Shown: positions 18,701 to 27,111 of the stretch, piece by piece
Layout: the number at the start of each line of letters is the position of its first letter
Numbering within the stretch: position 1 is the stretch's first letter
Program-made: the position numbers and the translations under genes
Notes under the pieces: model-generated
Database searches by the model: none
Told to the model about the DNA's origin: nothing
Seen by the model: only the letters and a program-made list of their open reading frames with translations
Source of the DNA: Promethearchaeota archaeon
GTDB lineage: Archaea > Asgardarchaeota > Lokiarchaeia > Sigyniarchaeales > SOKP01
Direction of reading: 5' to 3'
Assembly (NCBI GenBank): GCA_016840165.1
Contig: JAEOSU010000087.1
Coordinates: 1 to 31,851, forward strand
DNA: 31,851 bases

Positions 18701-20263
18701 TTATATTCTTCTAGGACCCCTTAATACTAACCCACATTGAGAGCATACTGATTCATATCCTCCTGTGTTTATAGTTAGTATAAAACCGCCACACTCTGGA
18801 CATGTTGGTTCGGTTAATATATCTATTGGATATATGTTTGTAATTCCATTATTTCCCTTTCTCGTTCTAAATACCATATTTGAGGAAAGTATCATCTCTT
18901 CTCGATGACCGACAATTATTACTTGCGATGTACGAGATATTTTTTTCAACAATTTACTAACTATAGCTACATGTAAAGAATCTAAATTCTCATCTATATT
19001 ATCAAAAAGATAAAAAGAAAGAGGAAAACATAATATCGAGGCGAAATATAATAATAGAAAAACATAACTTTTTTCGCTCCCACTTAAATAGTCAAATTCA
19101 ATAAATTCTCCTTCACTCATTTTTACCTTTATAAGTAAATTAGCAATAGAGAGGTTTTCAGGATTTTCTACAGATATATCTATTGAATTTATTGTTTCGT
19201 CTTCATCGCATAATCTTTGTAGCTCTCCGATAAATTTGGGTAACACTATTTTCAAAAAATTGGGATTCCATGTATTTTCTATTTTATTCCAAGATTTTAA
19301 TAGTTGTCCAATAATCTTTAATCTCTCCTGGGGGGAGCGGGATATAAATTCATTTTCATCATTATCCACAAGAATAAATCTTTTAGATGTGTCTTTATTG
19401 ATGGTTGTTAATTCTATTACTTTCTTATAATCAACTAAAGATGTTGGAATTCCATTTACTAATTCCATATTTTCCTGATTATTTTTTATTATTCTATGTA
19501 AATAGAAAAATGGATAATACGGGAATTTTTCTTTGTTATTATCGAACTTTACTATTACTTCTGCTTGCGGGACGACATTAGAATCTGTACTTATGTAAAG
19601 TAGATTTTTATAATTAGTGAAATATTTTTCATTTCTATAATCTAATACCATTAATACCGCTTTAATGATATTGGATTTTCCAGATCCTAATGGGCCAATA
19701 ATTAAGTTAAGATTTGGGGACAGGTTTAAGTTTATTTTATTAGGGCCAAATGAGGCAAATCCTGAAAATATAATTTCTTTTATGTAATAATCATATTCTT
19801 GTTTAATGTTTGGCTTAAGTGATCTTAGGTCACCAATTTTCTGGACATTGTCTAGTTCTGTGTCTACGGACTTATATTTCCTCATTATTAGTTGAAATAA
19901 ATCATAGCTAAACTGTTTAATATCATTCTCTTTAAATTTTATCCCAAGTTTAGTAGTTAATAAAGTAGGAATAGAGTTCTCATTAATAAAAACAGGAATT
20001 ATTTTCTTTTGCAGTTTTAAAGCAGCCATCCATTCCATCCTAACCGGTCTTGATTCATCTGCATTTTCAGAACAAAATAGAATTAAAATATCGCATTTCC
20101 TTAAATTTTCATTCATATATTCATAGATATCATCATACATATCACGTTCCCAATATAATACATCTCCAATCTGCGAGAAATCACCCAATAAGCCGCAGAT
20201 CATTGGAATTTGAAATAATTGAGAATCTTTTGTAGAATAGCTTATATATACTACTATACTCAA
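18701..20263 (-). CDS. TIR domain - SMC-head-like ABC ATPase (no long coiled coil) - TFIIB-type Zn ribbon fusion
   Basis: TIR: VYISYSTKD, CDILILFCS, VRMEWMAAL, IIPVF. ABC: GFASF, GPLGSGKSN, LSGSEKS, FYLFDNIDENLD, IIVGHREEM. Zn ribbon: CPECGG...ESVCSQCGLVL. Confidence 0.9.
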   Translation of the reverse strand: MSIVVYISYSTKDSQLFQIPMICGLLGDFSQIGDVLYWERDMYDDIYEYMNENLRKCDILILFCSENADESRPVRMEWMAALKLQKKIIPVFINENSIPTLLTTKLGIKFKENDIKQFSYDLFQLIMRKYKSVDTELDNVQKIGDLRSLKPNIKQEYDYYIKEIIFSGFASFGPNKINLNLSPNLNLIIGPLGSGKSNIIKAVLMVLDYRNEKYFTNYKNLLYISTDSNVVPQAEVIVKFDNNKEKFPYYPFFYLHRIIKNNQENMELVNGIPTSLVDYKKVIELTTINKDTSKRFILVDNDENEFISRSPQERLKIIGQLLKSWNKIENTWNPNFLKIVLPKFIGELQRLCDEDETINSIDISVENPENLSIANLLIKVKMSEGEFIEFDYLSGSEKSYVFLLLYFASILCFPLSFYLFDNIDENLDSLHVAIVSKLLKKISRTSQVIIVGHREEMILSSNMVFRTRKGNNGITNIYPIDILTEPTCPECGGFILTINTGGYESVCSQCGLVLRGPRRI

Positions 20264-20600
20264 TTTTATAAAACCCCTAATGAATGATAGATTCCTTGTG
20301 TTTATTATTTATAACATTTTTATAAAAATTTAAATACTTAAATTTTAGCGTTCCCATAACCATTCGTATCTATCCTTTCCTTTAGCTCCAAATAATATTG
20401 GTTTTTTCCATATTAGGAACGATTATTGAAATTATATTTGGATAAAAAAACTATAATACTAAAAATGCAGGTTTAAAATAGTATAAATTCACTATAATTT
20501 AAGCATTAATTAATTCAAAGATCTTGATATAGTAGCCAAGATTAAGAAGTATGAAAAGGTTAACAATAAATTCTTAACATAATTGTATTATTAATTATTT

Positions 20601-20816
20601 ATGGAAATAAAAATTAAAGAAATTTTAATTAAATTTAAGACTGAAATCTTGGCTGTTATTTTTCTAGGGATATTAATGTTAGTGATTGCTGCATATATAC
20701 CAGATGAGTATGTTAAAAGTGTTTTAATATCTCTTGGTACCTTTCTTATAATGTCTCCCGCTTTGCTAATTTTATTATTTTATGCTATGAATCAAATATT
20801 AAAGTTGAGTAGATAA
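20601..20816 (+). CDS. Small two-TM membrane protein
   Basis: 71 aa with two hydrophobic helices. Confidence 0.6.
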   Translation: MEIKIKEILIKFKTEILAVIFLGILMLVIAAYIPDEYVKSVLISLGTFLIMSPALLILLFYAMNQILKLSR

Positions 20817-20894
20817 ATGACGGCTTAAGATTGGATTTTACTACTAACTATAGTTTTTTTTTGAGTTGTAACTGTATCATTAATAATTACAATT

Positions 20895-21740
20895 CTATTT
20901 GCTGGATAAAATTAATAATTTTAGAGGATTTCTCCAACGAATAGATTTCGAGAAGCTTAAATGAACCTCATTGAGTATGTGATACTCTTCCGGTAGTTTT
21001 TTTAATTCTTTAATAGCTCTTGTCTCTCCCACTGCCCCACTCATGTATTGCGGATTTTTTTTAAGTACGATATTAGCTGTATGTAAATCCTTGACCGATT
21101 TTTGGACGGATTTTTCTAAGTTCTTTTCGCGCGATTTGACTTCTTTATCGGTTTTTTTCACTTGTTTAAGTTCTTTTTTGAAGGGTTTATCTAGTTTCTT
21201 CTCCAAAATCTTATCAATTTTTTTCACTCGTTTTTCATCTTTAGAGCTCATTTCCCCCTCTTCAAGCTGCTTTTTTTCTTCAAGAAGGGCTTCTTTAAAT
21301 AATACTTTCTTCTCCTCGATCTTTTGGACAAGCTTCTCCTCATCTGTTTTTAATGCTTCAATAATCGCAGTCAGCTTATCACGTTCTTCTTGGGTGCTGG
21401 TAGCTAAGATCGTTTTAAAATTCTTTTTAAAGGTTTGGATCTCTTCAAAGGTTTCGAATCCATTAATCCCTTTATGAAGAAGTTCTCTCTTAATATGCAT
21501 AACACTTCCTGAGCGACCAATGATATTCTCATTGGAAGGTTTCAGAATTAAGTGGTTTTTTTCCACAAACCATCGAGCAATATCAAATTGTTGGGTGCTG
21601 TTTGAAGCTGATTGAAAATCTGAAGTAAAGACTGATTTAGGAACCCACGATTCCCTTCCATTAGTAAACGAAATTAATACTGCTTTTTCGGTCTCCTTGA
21701 TGATTTGCCCTTGGAGTGTCGATATGGGTTTGGGGGGCAT
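20895..21740 (-). pseudogene. C-terminally truncated NERD nuclease-domain protein
   Basis: N-terminal ETEKAVLI...WVPKS beta domain and long coiled coil, then the NERD start GAVGETRAIKELKKLPEEYHILNEVHL. The ORF ends before the QIDH...IETK catalytic motifs. Confidence 0.65.
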
Positions 21741-21920
21741 TTTTTCTGGTGATCGTTATCTTTTGATCTTTTGATTGATTGAGAATCGATTTAAAATCGA
21801 TTAAATAATTAATTAATTAGTTAGTAGATCTTTCTCTTAATAACTCTTTTTAGTTTCAAGAGTAAATTTAATAAGATTGAAACAACCTATTTTTTATTAT
21901 AAAATATGGGTGAGATAAAG

Positions 21921-22391
21921 ATGAAAAGAAATATTTTATTGGGAGCTATTTTACTATTGTTGCTTTTTCTATTTCCTGCGATCAATGTCCAAGCCGCCGA
22001 AAAGACCGAATATTTATCCAATGGTCAATGGACTCAGATTAACTTAACACTTCCCCAGGGTTTTAATCTTAATTGGGAATTTGAGACATACAACAACTCC
22101 TTTCCAGCATTAGTGAGGATAGATGACCCTGATGGTTATTACGAAAATTTAATCACTGCCGAAAGTGGGAGTGGGGTGTACATTGCAGAGAAACAAGGAG
22201 CCTACATTATTACTCTCTTGAATGCTGGGTCAGTTGGCGGTTACATTCGTTTTACGTACAATGAACCCCTCCCTGTTATTTCAGGGTATCTGCCGCTATT
22301 AATGTGTGGCTATATTATTTTTTATCTATTATTTGGATGTATTGGAATATTGTTTGCAATCAAGAAAAAAACAAACATAGTTATATTATAA
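21921..22391 (+). CDS. Secreted GOLD-like beta-sandwich protein with Loki-CTERM-like membrane anchor
   Basis: GGTGA SD before ATG 21921; signal peptide MKRNILLGAILLLLLFLFPAINVQA; GAYIITLLN strand; ISGY + TM + KKK tail. Confidence 0.75.
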   Translation: MKRNILLGAILLLLLFLFPAINVQAAEKTEYLSNGQWTQINLTLPQGFNLNWEFETYNNSFPALVRIDDPDGYYENLITAESGSGVYIAEKQGAYIITLLNAGSVGGYIRFTYNEPLPVISGYLPLLMCGYIIFYLLFGCIGILFAIKKKTNIVIL

Positions 22392-22435
22392 AATAGTTAA
22401 ATCACTTCGTTAGAATGTTAAAATAAATATTTTAG

Positions 22436-24244
22436 GTGATTTCCATAATAAGGACAAGAGCACATGAGCTTGAAACTCTATCTAAAGCTTTTTTATTACG
22501 TTTCTTTTTTAAATGGATTTGTAATGAATATAATCCTGATTATGGACTTGATTATAAGATAACAATTGTAAGGAATGGAGAAGAAACTAAGGATTTCTTT
22601 TTTGTACAGCTTAAAGCAACGGATCATATTGATATTAAGGAAGAGGAAATTAACTTTGTATTAGATGTGAAACATATACTTTTTTTTAAAGAAATGCCAA
22701 TTCCTATTTTGCTAATTTTATATGATGTACAAAATGATTGTGGTTATTGGTTAAATATTCAGAGATATTACAAAGATGTATTAATCCATGAGGAAGAGGA
22801 TTGGAGTAAGCAAAAGACAAAAACACTAAAAATTCCATTAGATAATAAGTTAGTAGACCTAAAAGATATTGAAGAAATGATAATAATCTCATCTAAAGAA
22901 TTGTATCGAAGTATAACGTTTGGATATGAATGGTTTGAAGGTTATGAGAAATTAATTGAGAGTCCTGAAGAGTTAGATAAAATTATAGCAAAGTACGAGT
23001 CAGATTTTATCGAATCAAATGTCTATGCTTCTTTAGTGAATTTTAGAGCAGGAAATATGGAAAAAACTCGGGAGAATTTACTGAGTGTATACAATCAAAA
23101 AAAAGAAGATATAAGGCATCTACAAATTATCCTATCAATAACTTTATTTGATCTACCAATAATAGCAATTAATCCCTCTGAATTTACGAGACTTCTCCGT
23201 GAGGGTCTTGGACTAGCAATTAGATTAGAAGAAAAATTATTTGAAACCATGTTTAGATTTTATATTATTTATTCGAAACTTTTCGAATTATTATTAGCAA
23301 AAATGCCATTAACCCTGCAAAAAATATATATTGCCGAAGGAAAGAGTGTTGTTGATCCTTTTGTTCAACTTATCTGGGATAGTGAAGACTTATACTTAAC
23401 GGGGTTACTAAAGAATATATATGATACAATCTCTCAAATATTAAAAGAGACCATTGAAAATGGGAATATAATAGAATATATTGAGATGCAATTATGTGTA
23501 ATTTTCTTAGATAACTTTGTATCCAATCTAATTAGAAGTAGTACTAAAAAAGTAATAGAAAAAGATCAAAAGCAAGTAGATTTTATAAATCAACTTTTAG
23601 AATTAATTGAAAAAATTAATAACATTGATCTTTCACTTCAAGCATATCTAATAATTGGAAATTTTTTCGAACAAATCGATTTAGAAAATTGTTTATCCTT
23701 ATATAATAGAGGATTAGAGCTAGCTAAACAACAGGAGCATAGATATTATTTAGATAAATTTAATGAAAATATTAGAGAAGCAGGTAGAGCTATAGAAATT
23801 CCTACTCTAGAAGAACAGAGAGAAGAAATACGAAATTTACCATTGAAGTCATTTATTGAACTTCAAGAAATGAAATATAAGGGATTAGATTCATTAGAAG
23901 ATGAAAAGTTGAAGAAACTCTTGAAATTTGCTCAAAAACAAATGTATGTGTTAGATATTTTAAAATATTGCGAATATTTGAACATTTGTTATTTTCCATC
24001 TGTCTATGGACAAACTTATGGCATTTTCTCATTAGGAGTTAAAGAGATCGCATGTTTGGCTAAGGAGAAAATCTATAGCTCTGCAGATCTTATGAGTACA
24101 ATAGAACAATTTAAAAATAATTTTTGTGAAAAATGTGATTTACGAAAAGCTCGGGAAGAAAATTTTGATCCTCCAACTAAAATTTTAGATGAAATGTGCG
24201 AAAATATAGCTAAAATGAAAAGGAAAAATTCACCTAAAGTATAA
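22436..24244 (+). CDS. DUF4365 (PD-(D/E)XK) nuclease domain fused to helical/TPR-like region and Cys-rich C-terminus
   Basis: PDYGLDYKI, FFVQLKAT, PILLILYD...YWLNIQ DUF4365 signature; QAYLIIGNFFE...YNRGLELA TPR-like segment; C-terminal C..C..C..CEKC. Confidence 0.85.
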   Translation: MISIIRTRAHELETLSKAFLLRFFFKWICNEYNPDYGLDYKITIVRNGEETKDFFFVQLKATDHIDIKEEEINFVLDVKHILFFKEMPIPILLILYDVQNDCGYWLNIQRYYKDVLIHEEEDWSKQKTKTLKIPLDNKLVDLKDIEEMIIISSKELYRSITFGYEWFEGYEKLIESPEELDKIIAKYESDFIESNVYASLVNFRAGNMEKTRENLLSVYNQKKEDIRHLQIILSITLFDLPIIAINPSEFTRLLREGLGLAIRLEEKLFETMFRFYIIYSKLFELLLAKMPLTLQKIYIAEGKSVVDPFVQLIWDSEDLYLTGLLKNIYDTISQILKETIENGNIIEYIEMQLCVIFLDNFVSNLIRSSTKKVIEKDQKQVDFINQLLELIEKINNIDLSLQAYLIIGNFFEQIDLENCLSLYNRGLELAKQQEHRYYLDKFNENIREAGRAIEIPTLEEQREEIRNLPLKSFIELQEMKYKGLDSLEDEKLKKLLKFAQKQMYVLDILKYCEYLNICYFPSVYGQTYGIFSLGVKEIACLAKEKIYSSADLMSTIEQFKNNFCEKCDLRKAREENFDPPTKILDEMCENIAKMKRKNSPKV

Positions 24245-24829
24245 TGTTTCTTTTAATTTTAAAGAAAAAGTATGGAAACAAGTATAAATCGCTATTTGAG
24301 ATTCATGAACTTAGTCGGCCTATTTTGGGCTTCTCTTGGTAGTATTTAAGATCAAACCAAACGCTGGTATTATGGGTAAGAGTTATGAAACCTTGTTTTA
24401 AAGGAGAAATTTTTCCCCTTACCAAAAATTACTTAGATATCGAACCGCAGAGATTTATAAACTCATAGGTGAATTCATATTCTATCCCAATTAGACAAAA
24501 TGCGTGATGACCCATCTATTTTACTCCTAACTCTATTGCTTATACCATAGTTCACGCCGATTGTCGGGAGCCCATCTCTTTCTCGAACCTCTTCTTAATA
24601 GCATTTGTGCCATCTCCTTCTTGGAAGTAAGCTCCGTTCTTACTTCCTACTTCTAATCTCTTTATTAGAGATAAAGCCATACTAGAATAAAAGCGTGAAG
24701 CATGAATCCGATATAGTTCAGGAGGTTCGCAAGGCACATCCCTAAAAAGACCCATAGACCAATCCCAGCTAAATCTAACTTATCCATAGTTGTAAATTAC
24801 TACTTATTGTTTAAAAAGAAAAAAAAAAC

Positions 24830-24974
24830 TGATTCCTGTCAAGGCGACCTATCGGGGTGGAGGTCATAAAAAATGGTTAAAAAAAGGGGCGTAGATTGGT
24901 AGAGGAGGACCAATCACTTATACAAAACAAGCCAAATATGGAAAGGATTTCAATTATGAAGATGACAGGAATCA
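24830..24974 (-). ncRNA. Structured fold-back element A (candidate ncRNA or ssDNA recombination site)
   Basis: 12-bp perfect terminal inverted repeat TGATTCCTGTCA/TGACAGGAATCA; internal hairpins GACCT/AGGTC (24846-24865) and GATTGGT/ACCAATC (24894-24915); followed on the minus strand by a long T tract (24813-24828). Confidence 0.55.
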
Positions 24975-25114
24975 TTACTCTTATAATATTGTGGATCTAT
25001 TTAGACAAAAAACAAAAGACAAAAAAAATATTAATTAAATTATGTTATTCTTTATTAAGGGCTTACGCTACTACTTTTTTAAGAGATCAATTATCTGGTA
25101 AAATGGTGTTTATT

Positions 25115-26095
25115 ATGGAAGAGAAGCATATGAAAGAGAAGCACATATGCATTTACACTTATCAATTTTTATTAAATGTTCAAAGTATTTTGAAGAATAT
25201 CGAGATTGTATTGGTTTATTCCAGAAAAGGATTCGAAAAATATGAAGATACATTTAATTCGTTTGTAAAATGTATTGAAGAAGGAAATTTGGATTCTTAT
25301 ATGAAGAATATAAAAGCGCGTAAAGAAGGTATAAAAGCTAGTGATTTGGAATTAAGTGAGATCGAACGATTGATCGCAGATCCTGATAAGGGTTTTCATG
25401 CAAAAGAAATGTTAAGAGATATGGAAAATTTAATTGAGATTTTTAAAGATATCAACTATGCAAAATTAAAAGAGTTCTTGTTTAGGAGTAATATAATTTA
25501 TCTTTTCACAGAATTCGAAAATTTTCTATTTAAATGTATGAAATTTATTTTGTTGAAGTATTCTGAGATAATGGATCAGAAGTCAATACGATTAAAAGAA
25601 ATTAGGTTAATGCACGATAGTAGAAATCTTAAATTAATAGAGGAAATAATTGCAGAAAATACTATTCAAGATTTACTTTACAAAAATTATATCGACATCT
25701 TTAATTATTTTAAAGACCCGCTTGGAATAGAATTACAATTTAGCCAAGAGTCTATAGACAAGCTGAATATCTTTAAAGAAATTCGAAACTTTCTTACTCA
25801 TGGAGATGGAATTATAAATTTATTATTCCTAAAGAGAATTTCAAATTGGAATTTTGATAAATATGATTTAAAGCTTACCAATTTAAAAATTGGTGAAAAA
25901 CTAATTGTAGGCCAGCAAACAATATTTAATCTATTTAGGTTATTAAATAGTTTTATTATTGAAATAGATAGAGTGATGGATAAAAAGTTTCCTGAATTAA
26001 GATTTGAAATCGAAAGTGCAGCCCATTTATTCCATCAGGCATATTTAGACCTTATAATTAGTAAATGGAAAAATGTTCTTGAAAAATTAGAATAA
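25115..26095 (+). CDS. HEPN-domain putative RNase
   Basis: IIYLFTEFENFL and IRNFLTHGDG (RxxxxH). The likely start is ATG 25115 behind a GGTG SD rather than the track's TTG 24896, which lies inside element A. Confidence 0.8.
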   Translation: MEEKHMKEKHICIYTYQFLLNVQSILKNIEIVLVYSRKGFEKYEDTFNSFVKCIEEGNLDSYMKNIKARKEGIKASDLELSEIERLIADPDKGFHAKEMLRDMENLIEIFKDINYAKLKEFLFRSNIIYLFTEFENFLFKCMKFILLKYSEIMDQKSIRLKEIRLMHDSRNLKLIEEIIAENTIQDLLYKNYIDIFNYFKDPLGIELQFSQESIDKLNIFKEIRNFLTHGDGIINLLFLKRISNWNFDKYDLKLTNLKIGEKLIVGQQTIFNLFRLLNSFIIEIDRVMDKKFPELRFEIESAAHLFHQAYLDLIISKWKNVLEKLE

Positions 26096-26209
26096 AGTTA
26101 TTGAACATAAATTAGACTCTTTTTCTTCCTTAATTTCTAGATTGGATGAATTATTTCGTAGTAATATGTAATAATCCATAAATTAAATAGAAAGACTTAT
26201 AGTATAGGA

Positions 26210-26332
26210 GATTCCTGCCACCAAGACCTCAATACAAGGTCCGCAATAAAATAGGGGGAGTAGGGCGAAATCAGGACTCTGAGCCGATCAGAGCCACCAA
26301 AAGACAAAAATCCAGGGCGGCAGCAGGAATCA
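26210..26332 (-). ncRNA. Structured fold-back element B, same architecture as element A
   Basis: GATTCCTGC/GCAGGAATC terminal stem (13 bp with two G-U pairs on the minus strand); hairpins GACCT/AGGTC (26225-26241) and CTCTGA/TCAGAG (26277-26293). Confidence 0.55.
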
Positions 26333-26575
26333 TGGTTGATGGTATCCCTATTTTATTTTGAATTATGGGGTTAAGAAGTACAATTTTTTTGTCTTAGGTA
26401 GTCTAATAGCCACTTACCCTAATAAATCTTTTGGCGATACAAGTTCATCAGTAGGAATGTAGAAATTGAAAAACTTAAAAAGAGTATATTAATATTATCA
26501 ACGTAAAAATCCTTTAATTTAAGATTTAAAAGTCTCAATCATATTAAATCAATTTATAAGAGTGAGGCGAGAAGA

Positions 26576-26866
26576 GTGGGAGAGAGTTTGTGGGGAAAAT
26601 TTGGGTTAATGTTAGCTATTATAGGTCTTATGTTTGTCGTTATCAACTTTTTTATGGTAGTACTCAGTAGTTTTTTACCAGATATGGCAAACATGCTCAT
26701 TATTACAGGATTTATCGCATCAATCGGTGCAATTATACTGGGAATTGTAGGTATCATAAGCGATGATTTAAGGGAAAATGCGATTCGAGCAGTAATAGCA
26801 GGAATTATCTTTTTTATTGTTCATATTCTAATACTTGTTGTTCGCGAGTATTTCATAAATCTTTAG
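26576..26866 (+). CDS. Small three-TM membrane protein
   Basis: GAGG SD + GTG; three hydrophobic helices, IILGIVGI motif. Confidence 0.75.
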   Translation: MGESLWGKFGLMLAIIGLMFVVINFFMVVLSSFLPDMANMLIITGFIASIGAIILGIVGIISDDLRENAIRAVIAGIIFFIVHILILVVREYFINL

Positions 26867-27111
26867 CTATATGAACACATTTTTTTATTTTTTGTTTAAT
26901 CAATATTAAAAAAAGTACTCAACGTGGATCATAGAATTTGTAAAAAAAATTTATTAATATGTATTTCTGTATCTAGCAAAAGTAAAAATCCGATAACCAT
27001 GCAAGAAAAATTAAAATGGAACGCAATTGGCTTAGCCAGAAGAACACGATTACTTAGTAGTTCTTACATTAATTTAAGGAATATTTATTTTTAAGAAGGT
27101 TGAGAATTAGA

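Noticed and set aside
24896-25114. N-terminal extension of the HEPN ORF given in the track (399 aa)
   Set aside because: It overlaps structured element A and low-complexity A-rich DNA; a better SD/ATG lies at 25115.
25115-25144. 15-bp tandem duplication ATG(G/A)AAGAGAAGCA(T/C) (MEEKH/MKEKH)
   Set aside because: Only two copies; looks like simple slippage and affects only the choice of start codon.
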